A stretch of DNA of 64,000 nucleotides, from positions 340 through 64,339 of IMG/VR virus record IMGVR_UViG_3300024348_000029. The stretch is one strand, 5' to 3'. The translations under genes were made by a program, and so were the position numbers. Source of the stretch: a virus. Lineage: Duplodnaviria > Caudoviricetes. Shown in pieces: positions 24,744-35,400 of this stretch. Below the pieces are notes generated by a model. The model searched no databases, was not told the origin of the DNA, and saw only the letters and a program-made list of their open reading frames with translations. How positions within the stretch are numbered: the stretch's first letter is position 1; the number at the start of each line of letters is the position of its first letter.

Positions 24744-25934
24744 ATGACAAAAATCAAAAAGTATCAGCAAGGAGCGATCATCGATGAAGATGATTTGTTC
24801 GAAGACGACGAAGTAGCAACAGGAGATGCAGGGGGAGCCTTAGACGGTGAATTAGTCGAAGGGACACCTCCAGGAGCAGGAGATGGAGAAGATGAAGCAG
24901 CGAGAGCAGCAGCCGATGAAGCAGCCGCAGCCGCAGCAGAACTTGAAGCAGCAGGAGGAGATGGAGCACCAGAACCGCCAGCACCAGCTTTCGCAGAGTT
25001 AACAGGAGTAGAAAACTTTTTAACGAACTATGGAGTACAGGGAGGTATCATAACATATGAAGACGGTACCACAGCAAGATTCTCGGAGTTAGGTAATGAC
25101 GAGCAAAATGAAATATTAAGTTCTTTGGTAAAAGAGAGTGTCCCTAGTATTGAAGAAAAATTCAATTTAGACGAGGATGAGATCAATCTTTTGAATGCAG
25201 TTCGTGGAAGCGATTTAAGTTCTGAGGAGTTCATTAATAGTATAGTTGATCATAGGTTACAGACAGTTCTAGCTAACAGAGATGCAGATAACACAGACTA
25301 TGAAAACCTTTCACAAGACGCTATTTTTGTAAAGAATCTTAAAGACAATGATGCAGACATCACAGAAGAAGCTATAGCAGAGGAATTAGTAAAAGCTAAA
25401 GACCTTACTAGTTATAAATCTACAGTAGAGGCTATGAGAAAATTATATATCTCAGAGCAGACAGCAGAATATAATGCTACTCAAGCTGAAAGAGATGCGT
25501 TATTTAATAGTGAGATAGAAGCTCAACGACACGATATAGTGCAGTCAATAGAGACTATCGATGACATCGGAGGTGCAGCAGTTACTCAAGAAATGAAGGA
25601 GTTCTTACTACATGATATGATGGAGTTGAATGAAGATAAGGATCCTATATTAATGGAGAAGATATTTTCTAACCCGCAAACCATGTTCGAAGTAAATTGG
25701 TTCATGAACTACGGAAAAGATTATATGCAACAGGTTAACAACTATTGGAAAAAGGAAGTTTCTAAAGCCCACAAAACAGGCTATGAGCAAGCTACCGGAA
25801 GAATGCCAGGAAACCCTACAATCATAGGAGAGAATGGTAAGCCTATCCCAGTGACAGGAGACCCAGTACCAGATGGATTACCAGGAAGTTTTGGAAAAGT
25901 AATATCCGAAGAAGAACTTTTTGAAGAACAGTAA
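24744..25934 (+). CDS. putative scaffolding / head assembly protein
   Basis: very acidic and helical, directly upstream of MCP. Confidence 0.65.
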   Translation: MTKIKKYQQGAIIDEDDLFEDDEVATGDAGGALDGELVEGTPPGAGDGEDEAARAAADEAAAAAAELEAAGGDGAPEPPAPAFAELTGVENFLTNYGVQGGIITYEDGTTARFSELGNDEQNEILSSLVKESVPSIEEKFNLDEDEINLLNAVRGSDLSSEEFINSIVDHRLQTVLANRDADNTDYENLSQDAIFVKNLKDNDADITEEAIAEELVKAKDLTSYKSTVEAMRKLYISEQTAEYNATQAERDALFNSEIEAQRHDIVQSIETIDDIGGAAVTQEMKEFLLHDMMELNEDKDPILMEKIFSNPQTMFEVNWFMNYGKDYMQQVNNYWKKEVSKAHKTGYEQATGRMPGNPTIIGENGKPIPVTGDPVPDGLPGSFGKVISEEELFEEQ

Positions 25935-25981
25935 GAGTATAAACAATTAAAAAAATAATAATTAATATTAATTTCTAGAAA

Positions 25982-27409
25982 ATGAGAATAGTAGATCGTA
26001 AATTTATCGACAAAAACATTCATACGACTAGAACTCGCCAACATTTCGGTACTCTTTTAGGAGAGAAACCACACGTAATGGGGCAAGTGGTACGTATGTA
26101 TCCGCGTTTAACTATCAGTAATCTTACTGAAGGGTTAAGAAACGTGTACACAAATAAGAAAGCTCAGGGTGGATTCACTCCGATTAATTCTTATGCAATC
26201 GAATGGAGAATCGACGTTAACTTTATTAAAAAAGTTAAAATCGCAGCTGATGCAACACCTACAGCAGGTGTATTCACAGTAGCTCTTGAGGAAAAATATT
26301 ACAACAAAAATGAGACTTTCGCTTTAGATAACGGAACTCAATTGTTCGTAGTAGCACCTCCAGTTTATAAAGGAGCTAAACGCTTCGATTATAAAGTAAA
26401 AATGGTTTCCAACAATGCAGGAACACCTGATGCAGCGATGTTAAAGAAAGGGAAAACAACACGTTTCCGTTCAAATTATCATCCAGAATTATCTGTGAGA
26501 GGTTACGTTAAGTACCAATTCAACACAGAAAAGCACCGTAATTACTTATCTAAACATAGATCTAGTGATGTGCAATCTGCTGAGTATTCAGCTTCTCAAG
26601 ATTATTTAGTTGAGAGAGGAAAGAAAAATGCTGCTAACGGTAAGTTAGAGTATGAATACTTTAGATTACAAAAACTTGAGAAAGATGTATTAGAGTCTTA
26701 CTTATGGGCAAGAGAAAATCATTTACTTTTCGGAGAAACTAACTTCGATGCTAACGGTAAATGTACTATGCAAGATGAAAAAGGTCAAGACATTCCAATT
26801 GGTGATGGTGTGATCAAGCAAATCGAAAGATATTGTGAGAAATTTGCATATTCTGTACTAACAACACGTTGGTTAGAAGACATTATGGCTTCAATGAGAG
26901 AGAAGTCTGCTAACTCTATCGGTAATACATACGCGTTTGTAGTGAACGAAAGATTGTATGACCAATTAGGTAGATTATTGAAAGATGATTTACGTTTCCA
27001 AGGGAACTCTAACGGGTCTCATTACTGGACTAATAACGGAGGTAGTAAAATTAAAGTTGGTGCACACTACGATAGCTACACATTCCAAGGGAATACAGTA
27101 GTATTTATGGTAGATAAAATCTTATCTGATGAGTACCCTTACTCAGGATATGGTTTCTGTATCAATGTAGGAATTGACCAAACTAATTCTAACTCTGGTA
27201 TCTCAATGTTTACATTAGAAGGACGTGAAATGCTTTCTGGTAAATTAAAAGGTATGGGTGGATTTAGTGGAAAAGAAAATAACATGGATCTTGCAACATC
27301 TGTTGATGGTAGTGAGTACCACTTATTAGGATATTCTGCTGCAGTTGTATTTAACCCTTACAACGCTGCAATCGTGAAAGAATCTTTCTCTCCGGTTATG
27401 CCAGCTTAA
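25982..27409 (+). CDS. major capsid protein
   Basis: 475 aa, strong codon bias, IGDGVIKQI motif of crAss-like HK97-fold MCPs, followed by terminator. Confidence 0.85.
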   Translation: MRIVDRKFIDKNIHTTRTRQHFGTLLGEKPHVMGQVVRMYPRLTISNLTEGLRNVYTNKKAQGGFTPINSYAIEWRIDVNFIKKVKIAADATPTAGVFTVALEEKYYNKNETFALDNGTQLFVVAPPVYKGAKRFDYKVKMVSNNAGTPDAAMLKKGKTTRFRSNYHPELSVRGYVKYQFNTEKHRNYLSKHRSSDVQSAEYSASQDYLVERGKKNAANGKLEYEYFRLQKLEKDVLESYLWARENHLLFGETNFDANGKCTMQDEKGQDIPIGDGVIKQIERYCEKFAYSVLTTRWLEDIMASMREKSANSIGNTYAFVVNERLYDQLGRLLKDDLRFQGNSNGSHYWTNNGGSKIKVGAHYDSYTFQGNTVVFMVDKILSDEYPYSGYGFCINVGIDQTNSNSGISMFTLEGREMLSGKLKGMGGFSGKENNMDLATSVDGSEYHLLGYSAAVVFNPYNAAIVKESFSPVMPA

Positions 27410-27426
27410 TAAAATAGGTTACCTTT

Positions 27427-27460
27427 AGGGGGAGAATTTAAACCTCTCCCCCTTTTTTTT
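27427..27460 (+). terminator. intrinsic terminator after MCP
   Basis: GGGGGAGA/TCTCCCCC + T8. Confidence 0.85.
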
Positions 27461-27492
27461 AAATAAATGTTAATAAGAAAAATAATATACAA

Positions 27493-28443
27493 ATGAATAC
27501 AAATAAAAACACTGTTGGGATCTCACGAAACCAACTAGCAAACGGAACACCAAGTGATAAACGATTAATCTTACATTCATTCTATAAGGATGACAAGTGT
27601 ACGATATCTCCAGCAAAGGATATAAATGGTAGGTACTTAGGTATCAACGAAAACATTCCGGAGATTAAAAAGTTAGAAATGGGCTATGTTCCATCAATTG
27701 AAAGCCGAATTAAGTTATACGATGGGATTGAGATAGATCTTAATAACAAGACATGGGCTGCTGATTGGGAGTGGATGCAACATTGTGCTGAGATCGCAGA
27801 TGATTTCAAAACAGGGCAAGCAGCTCCAGGAGCGTATTTTTATATCTTCAGACCAGGTTTCGAATCTGCTCAGAAAGTATCTGATACGGAAAAAAGAGTT
27901 AAGTTGATGAATTACATTTTAAATGACTCAGCTGAAAACTTATATAATAGAACAAGTATCTTAGGTGTTGATATGACTAATTCAGTTATCTCTGACGTAA
28001 AAGAATACTTATTAGGTATGGTAAATACAGAACCTGAAAAAATAGAGTCTGTATATGAGAGTAAAACATTCTCTTTAGAATTATTATTCTTACACGCACT
28101 TAAGAAAGGAGTTATTCAAAAAAGAAATGGTATCTTTACTTTCGGAGAAATATTATTAGGATTAGAGGATAGAGCTGTAGTAGCTTACTTCGCAAACCCT
28201 AAGAATCATATTACAACGAGAGCAATTGAAGCTGTAACATATGGTAATAGAGATAAAGTAGCGAACCCTCTAGAAAATGAAGCTGTTCAGGGAACTGATG
28301 ATGAAGGCGAAGCGGAACTTCATAATGATGTATCTTTAGATACTACCATTAAAACAAGTACTCTAGAAGTTGAACGTGAATTAACACCGCAGGAAAAAGC
28401 GGCCATCACTAGAAAGAAAAACGCGGAAAACGCAGGTAAATAA
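27493..28443 (+). CDS. conserved crAss-like protein downstream of MCP
   Basis: synteny; 316 aa. Confidence 0.6.
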   Translation: MNTNKNTVGISRNQLANGTPSDKRLILHSFYKDDKCTISPAKDINGRYLGINENIPEIKKLEMGYVPSIESRIKLYDGIEIDLNNKTWAADWEWMQHCAEIADDFKTGQAAPGAYFYIFRPGFESAQKVSDTEKRVKLMNYILNDSAENLYNRTSILGVDMTNSVISDVKEYLLGMVNTEPEKIESVYESKTFSLELLFLHALKKGVIQKRNGIFTFGEILLGLEDRAVVAYFANPKNHITTRAIEAVTYGNRDKVANPLENEAVQGTDDEGEAELHNDVSLDTTIKTSTLEVERELTPQEKAAITRKKNAENAGK

Positions 28444-28452
28444 TAAAATAGA

Positions 28453-29193
28453 ATGTATAGTACAAGCAGACAAGCATACATAGATATATTAACGGAGCTT
28501 CTTAAAGAGGAGGCTCCGACTTTATATCTTGAAGATTTTTTGTATTACTATAATAAAGCTATCAGTGAGTATATGAAGACTAGGTATGAACTATTCGAAG
28601 TTACTCAACAATTATCTGACGACTTAAGATCTTGGAAGAAAGATTTTAATACTAGCGGACTAATTGTACCTATAGATAGTATATATGAGACACACGAAGG
28701 GAAAAAAATCGATTTGTACAGGCATTTACTGGGTTGTATTATTTCTGCTACTGTCATTAGGCCTATCAGCAAATGTGATCAGAGAGCGGGGATTAATAAA
28801 TCGTATAAGGTTACTCGTATGTCCTCAGAGATCAAAGCAGGAATCTTAAATAATGTTTACTTAGAACCTAGGTTTTATAGACCTTATTTTGAAGTGATAG
28901 GAAATACTATTAAAATAAATATCGGCGATAAAGACACAAAGTCGATAGAAATTAGTAATATAGTAATAGAATATCTTTGCCAACCTGCATATGTAGATTT
29001 AACTGAGGAACAAGTTGAGATCGATGAAGATACTAGTCAGGTGCTAGAATTCTCAAAGGATGTTGGAGAAGAAATATCTAAAGTAGCTTTAAAGCTTATT
29101 TTAGAAAGAGGTTCAAGTCCTAGGACACAATCACATATAGCAGTAAATCAAGCTATTAGCGATGTATCTACAGGGATGAAAGGAGGAAAATAA
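28453..29193 (+). CDS. putative head-tail adaptor (ring) protein
   Basis: synteny; DFLYYYNKAI...IEYLCQP pattern. Confidence 0.6.
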   Translation: MYSTSRQAYIDILTELLKEEAPTLYLEDFLYYYNKAISEYMKTRYELFEVTQQLSDDLRSWKKDFNTSGLIVPIDSIYETHEGKKIDLYRHLLGCIISATVIRPISKCDQRAGINKSYKVTRMSSEIKAGILNNVYLEPRFYRPYFEVIGNTIKINIGDKDTKSIEISNIVIEYLCQPAYVDLTEEQVEIDEDTSQVLEFSKDVGEEISKVALKLILERGSSPRTQSHIAVNQAISDVSTGMKGGK

Positions 29194-29278
29194 CAACATT
29201 GGGGATACCAGCTCCAAGTTTAATATATAAACAGAGAAGCCTATACTGGTATAAGGCGGATCACAAAATAAATAAATT

Positions 29279-30166
29279 ATGTTCAATTTAGGATTTAAAC
29301 AAATTGTAATCAACAGTAATTCTGTTGTAAAAGCCTACACGGCAGCAGACACTAGCTTTGCAACTCCTGTAATAGGGGCAGCTGTAGTAGAAGGGTCTAT
29401 CGTTAAGATCGATGGATTTGGTTCTTTCGTAGTTCCAGCTCTAGTAGAAGACGCAGCAGTTCCAGCTTTTGGTACTACTACAGTATCTTCTCCAGCAGCA
29501 GTTGGGATATACACTGCAGTAATTGCAGGATTTGATTCAGCTAAAAAGTATGATATCAAATTAAAAGTAAAAAATGCACGTGACGTAGCAGGTATTTATA
29601 CTGGTCATAGTGGTGATATCTGGACTTTTCAGACAGGCGCAGGAGCTAGCTTCGGTTTAGCAGCAGCAGCAGGTCAGATTGCCGGTTTCAACGATAATTT
29701 AGTAAAATTCTCTGCAAGTGGTGCTGATTTAGTTATCACATTCCAAGCAGGTCTTGAAGGAATGACATTAGAGTCTCTTGAAGTTCTTGAATCTGTTGCT
29801 GAAGTATCTATGCCTATCACTTCAATTGCTATTACTCAAGCTCCATCTTACGGTGTTGGTTTAGGTAAAATGATCGAAGAGGAAGTTATGAACTCAACTG
29901 GAGCTAATCTTGATCCTTATGGATTCCCTGTAGGTGGTAAAGATGGTCCTGTAGATGTTCGTGGAACTTATACTGAAGTATACTGGAAATCAGCTGCTCC
30001 AATGAATGGCTTTGAACCACATGCTATGACAGGATATGGTGATGCTAACACTGAAACTAATCATGTAGGAACAGAGCAAATTGCGTATCTTAATGATGCG
30101 TCAGTTAGTGCTGATGTTTTAGCTATCATGAAAAAGTTGACTGGGTTCGTAAATGAGGTTGCATAA
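29279..30166 (+). CDS. putative auxiliary capsid / abundant virion protein
   Basis: strong codon bias, Ala/Gly/Thr-rich, own terminator. Confidence 0.55.
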   Translation: MFNLGFKQIVINSNSVVKAYTAADTSFATPVIGAAVVEGSIVKIDGFGSFVVPALVEDAAVPAFGTTTVSSPAAVGIYTAVIAGFDSAKKYDIKLKVKNARDVAGIYTGHSGDIWTFQTGAGASFGLAAAAGQIAGFNDNLVKFSASGADLVITFQAGLEGMTLESLEVLESVAEVSMPITSIAITQAPSYGVGLGKMIEEEVMNSTGANLDPYGFPVGGKDGPVDVRGTYTEVYWKSAAPMNGFEPHAMTGYGDANTETNHVGTEQIAYLNDASVSADVLAIMKKLTGFVNEVA

Positions 30167-30186
30167 ACCAAACCAAAAATTTTTAT

Positions 30187-30219
30187 AAAAAAGCACTCTT
30201 TAATCAGGGTGCTTTTTTT
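30187..30219 (+). terminator. intrinsic terminator
   Basis: AAAAAAGCACTCT/AGGGTGCTTTTTT. Confidence 0.85.
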
Positions 30220-30264
30220 AGTTCTAGATAATATGTATTATAATAGTAGAAAATTACGATACAT

Positions 30265-30939
30265 ATGACACTTTCACAAATGGCTAGCGCAATTAGAAAC
30301 CATGTAGTAGATGGCTTAGACGGCATATCTTCTGCATCATTTTCTACAGAACAGTTAAAGGATGAGATACTACTTACTGCTTCTAGTTCTTTAGTAACCC
30401 TTACAGCCCAGGGTCTTATTGATATAAGCAAGTTTACTCAAAGAATAGACGGTATTAAAATAGAATGTAAGGATATCTCAAGTAATTGTGATGTTGAGTC
30501 TGATATTGAAGTACCACATTTTACTATACCAGATGTTAATAGGGTAGCAAATACTCCTATAACATATTTAGGTACGATGGACGGTAAACTTTCTTTTAAA
30601 GTATACTTCGACAGAGAGTATAGATTTCATAAATATAGATTGGCATCTTCTAGATTTCCATTTGCATGGGTGAGTTCTACAGCTAATGCTGATGGTATGC
30701 ATGATGTATTTCTATTCAATGTACCTAAATATAATAACCTTCAATTTATATCTATTGATGCTGTATTTGATAACCCTTATGAAATACAGAAGACTCCGTA
30801 CTACGAACAGTTCTCTCAGGCTGAGTTTTACGCCCCTCTGTACGTTCAAAAAGAAATTATAGACAAGTTGTCCCAACAGTATATAAACTACTACAGACAG
30901 CTTCATATGAACCCAAAACCTAATACACAACAAGCATAA
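30265..30939 (+). CDS. putative tail ring protein
   Basis: synteny in crAss-like tail module. Confidence 0.55.
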   Translation: MTLSQMASAIRNHVVDGLDGISSASFSTEQLKDEILLTASSSLVTLTAQGLIDISKFTQRIDGIKIECKDISSNCDVESDIEVPHFTIPDVNRVANTPITYLGTMDGKLSFKVYFDREYRFHKYRLASSRFPFAWVSSTANADGMHDVFLFNVPKYNNLQFISIDAVFDNPYEIQKTPYYEQFSQAEFYAPLYVQKEIIDKLSQQYINYYRQLHMNPKPNTQQA

Positions 30940-31688
30940 TGGAACAGAGAGATACCGCACGTAACGAACACACACAGAACATTAGATCTGGACTTCCTAT
31001 ACTTAAAACACAATACGGTCTTAACATAGATGAGTATGACTATCTTGATATAGCTGTAGATGCTTTAAGAGATATAAAACATTTTGGTACGACTGAATAT
31101 GTTTCATATGTTACAGTAGGGAAAGATGGTAAAGTTAATCTTCCTTGTAATATAGACTGTATCGACGCAGTTACCACAGAGCATATGGGTAAGAAGGCAT
31201 ATAGTACTAGAGTAGAATTTGAGGTTGATGGAATTATAGGAACTGATTCTTACTATTCTTTTATGGAGATTATAGATAATTTAGGTTATATATGGAGCCC
31301 AGGACTAGGTGGATTTAGAGGTAAAGGTTATATTAGCTATCAACTAGATGGAAAGACTATGACCGTGGATACTGAGTTGGCAGGTCAGAAGATCGCCATA
31401 GCTTACACTGGAATAATAGTAGATGCTGAAGGATTTCCTACAATTACAAGGAAACAAGCTAATGCTATTGCTGCAATATGTGCAAGAATAATTATGGTAA
31501 AGGGAGCAAACCTAGGGCAAAAAGGGGCTGCTTCTATGATAGAATATTATACAGGTTTATCAGGTAGACTGAAGCAAGCGGCATCAATTCCTGAAGATAT
31601 TACAGACAATGAGATGGATGAAGCTTTAAATGCTCAGACAACATTTAATAGAAAGAGTTATAATAGACCAACAAGATATAGCAGGTAA
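30939..31688 (+). CDS. putative tail tubular / ring protein
   Basis: VNLPCN...IAYTG..VDAEGFP pattern; synteny. Confidence 0.6.
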   Translation: MEQRDTARNEHTQNIRSGLPILKTQYGLNIDEYDYLDIAVDALRDIKHFGTTEYVSYVTVGKDGKVNLPCNIDCIDAVTTEHMGKKAYSTRVEFEVDGIIGTDSYYSFMEIIDNLGYIWSPGLGGFRGKGYISYQLDGKTMTVDTELAGQKIAIAYTGIIVDAEGFPTITRKQANAIAAICARIIMVKGANLGQKGAASMIEYYTGLSGRLKQAASIPEDITDNEMDEALNAQTTFNRKSYNRPTRYSR

Positions 31689-32188
31689 TGAGTACAAGAA
31701 AAACATTTAATACCCCTTCAAATGTTGTAATCTCAATGTCAGAGTTACTGTCAGGAGAATTAAAGAAAATTAAATACAAGAAGGGATTTAATAATAAGGA
31801 TATAGTATCAGATGGAGGAACATCTCGTGCGTACAGTGCGATTTTATTTAGGTTGATGGAGCTAATTGTTATGGATGTAATTGCCGGGCATATAGTTTAC
31901 TTTAATAAAAAGAGAGGATCAAAGTTCTATGTAGACTGGCAACCAGCTGGTCCTGAGTTGATTAAGGGTAAAGGTATTAAAGAAGATATGGATTTTCCAT
32001 TAGTCGACCTTAGAGTAACAAGATATAAGATGCCTATCATAGCCTTTGATCCAGGATATAAAAATTCTACTCCTTGTGTATGCATTGTACCTAAGTATTT
32101 ATACGCGATGCTTATTGAAGAAGTAAATAAAGGTAAGAAATATCCCAAAGGTACAAAGGATTTTTGGTATAATAAACAAGGTGGATAA
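31688..32188 (+). CDS. hypothetical basic protein (position of crAss IHF-like gene)
   Basis: synteny only. Confidence 0.5.
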   Translation: MSTRKTFNTPSNVVISMSELLSGELKKIKYKKGFNNKDIVSDGGTSRAYSAILFRLMELIVMDVIAGHIVYFNKKRGSKFYVDWQPAGPELIKGKGIKEDMDFPLVDLRVTRYKMPIIAFDPGYKNSTPCVCIVPKYLYAMLIEEVNKGKKYPKGTKDFWYNKQGG

Positions 32189-32469
32189 TGGTTGATAAAT
32201 GCACAGATGATTATATAGATGAATTAGGAGGATATTTTCCTCAAATAGAAAAAAGAGAACTAAGACGAATGGTTAATAGTATGACCTATTTACTAACTAG
32301 TTATATGAAGGATTGGTACAGAGGATTTTCATTAAGATCGAAAGATTCTCTAGTAGCGGATGGTAAGCTAAATAGATTTAGAGTACAAAGAATTTTTGGT
32401 ACCGCGCACCTAATGAAGATGAGAAAAGTAGCTAAAACATACGCAAAAAAGAATGGCACAGGGAAATAA
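32188..32469 (+). CDS. hypothetical basic protein (position of second crAss IHF-like gene)
   Basis: synteny only. Confidence 0.5.
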   Translation: MVDKCTDDYIDELGGYFPQIEKRELRRMVNSMTYLLTSYMKDWYRGFSLRSKDSLVADGKLNRFRVQRIFGTAHLMKMRKVAKTYAKKNGTGK

Positions 32470-35400
32470 CATATCAGCAACAAACTCTTTCGAGGGAGGA
32501 CTAGTAACAGATCTACATAATCTAACTAGTCCTAGTAACACAGTAGTGGATTCATTAAATATGGAACTAGTAACTGTAGGAGATGATCAATATATCTATC
32601 AGAATATTAGAGGGAATAAACTTGAAGTAGAATTTCCTTTCTATACATATGAGGGTAAACAATATAGATTCTCGCCACAAGGGTTAAAAGTTCACAATAA
32701 TATAGCCTATATACTAGTAGGTGCGTTTAAGCCTGATGGAACATTCTTAGCAGGAGCTGTAGGAACATATCCTAGTCCTGATTGGGCTGTTTTAAATTCA
32801 GGAGATTCCACTACTCATACTAGACTAGAAAATAAATTTAGATTTTTACATAATTATAAGAAACCTGGAGATGTAGCCTATAAGTCACCATTTATCTCTA
32901 CTCTTTTTGAGTTTGAGCGTAATAGACATATAGATATAGATATTCAGGGAGACTTTGATAGTTCAGTTAATATTCTTTTTACAGATAGTTTAAATAATCC
33001 TAGTATAATAAACTCTAGGTTTAAACGTGTAGACTTCAATGAGTTAGTGCAATTGGCAGACAGAACCGGCACAAATGATAGTAATACATACAGCGATTCA
33101 GATTGGGACAGGATTACTCTTATACAAAATACTAATTTTCCTGTAGAGATTGTAGATGATAATGGAGATAAAGGATTCACTGTAGCTGAAGGAGGTTACC
33201 TTAGGGGTGGTGGGTATAGATATTACTTTAAATATACTACACAGGAAGGGAATACAACGGAGATTTTATATGAGTCCCCACTAATTCCTATATCTAACGG
33301 AGGACTTGGACTTGATAAGAGCCAGCTTTCTGATAAGCTTGTAAGATTTACACTAAGAAAATTAGATTCCTCATATACTGGAATAAAAGTATTTTTTGCG
33401 CACTTTGATGGAAAGGACCAGGCTGAGATGGAAGTATTCAAGATAGACTATGTTTATACATATGGTGATGAGAGTACTACAGTTGTTACCCATACAGGAC
33501 TTGAAGATGTTACTGCAGTAGATGCTACAGAAATAAACGTTGGATTTACTCCTATAGATACTGTAAAATCTGCTGTTATTATAAATGATAGGTTAGCTTT
33601 GGCAGGAGCTTCTTCTACAATTAGTGAAAGAGACTTAGATATATTACGTAAAGCAGCTATAGATATTACTTTATGGGAAAAACAGAGATCTTTAGAGAAG
33701 ATAATACCAAATGCAAATAAACCAGAGGAGTTTTATTATCCTGATTACTCTGATGCAGAGACTGCAGCTAATAGCTTAGGTTACTGGAAGGGAGAGGTAT
33801 ATGAATTTGCAGCTGTATTTATGCTAAAAAATAAAGGTTTATCTCCGGCTTTTCCTTTAACAGGAATGGATAATCTTATAGCTCTTCAGAATTCATTTAC
33901 TTACCCTAATTATCCTGACTATACAGGCCTTATAAAAGAGGATGGGTTTGCTGATGGAAGTCTTATAAATAATAAAGGTCTTTTTAGAACATCTAATAAA
34001 GGTCTTATTTATACACCACTAGGTGACGGGGACGGTATTAGACATATAACATATTTAAATGCTAATGTAGCTAAATTATCAGAGGCTAATAATCCTGATC
34101 TACATAAGATCTCTTCTGGGTTCTTTATTGTTAGAAGACAGAGAATTAAAAACGTTCTTATACAAGGAATGGCCATACCTGTTATAAAATTACCTGCTAA
34201 ATACCCTTCATTATATGAGGGAGTACTAGATAAGCAAGCTAGTTTATCTGCAAGTAAAAGATATTTAATAAAACACTTTGGAGGGGATGACGAAGACTTA
34301 GGGGATGATCCTACTATAGGATTAAATGCTCCTTATAAATCTGGGGTAAGAGATGGAGAGGCACTTTTTAATGATGACTTTAATACTGTTTTTGTACCTC
34401 AACCTACACAGATATTAAATACGCTTACAGCTGAAAAGGCATGGATAGTTTCAGGGGCAGTTAGTCAGTATGTAAGTACGTTACCTCCGTTATTAGCGGA
34501 GACTCAGGCTCCTTATGGTGAGACTGTTGATAAAGATAATAAAAGAACTGGGGATATGCATTTAGGATTCTACTCTTGTGAGATGGAACTAAATTTCCCT
34601 AATATAAAAAGCTACCTTAATGGAATAGATCCAGAGATGGAGATTCAGTACGCTAAGAACAATGAATCACCTGTAGGTTATACATATACAGGATATAAAT
34701 ATAGAGATAACCCTAATACAGTAACATATATAGCTGAGCCTGTTTCTATGGATAGATCTGGATGGTCGACAATACCTTCTAAAGCAGTGAAAGCTACAAT
34801 ATTAGAGAGTGGTAGATCAGTCTACTCTAATGGAAGTTTTTCATCTAAGACAGATAGAGCTTTAGGATTTATGTCAGATAATATAACTGATACAGATCCA
34901 GATGCTGCTGGTGATGGGGCTACAAAAATTACATACGGTTTACCTTATAAAAGGTTTACTGGTAGAGACGGAATATATAATATACTAGCCTCAACCTCAA
35001 AAGTTGCCTTTAACGTTGGTTTTATAGGTAGTATAGGGAGCTTTCACCCTTACTCAGTTATAAGTAATTCATATTCAAGGTATATGGGAGTTAAGATAAA
35101 CCTGGAGGATATTCAGATAGCTCCTGAATTCTACTATAAGAAGAATCTACTAAGAACTACTGAGACACTTTTAAATAATACTAATATCCTAAAGGATCCT
35201 TCTGGAGAATTAGATAAAAGATACTTTGTTAACACAGGGCATCTTGCTAATGTATTCAGATCAGCAACAGGTAGATGGGGTGAGACTGAATTAAGAACAA
35301 TTTATAAGTACGATAGCAATAAAGCTTATCATGCCGTTACAGACAGAACACCTCTCGATATAGAGGGAGGATCAATTGATATTTATAGAGGCGATGGATT

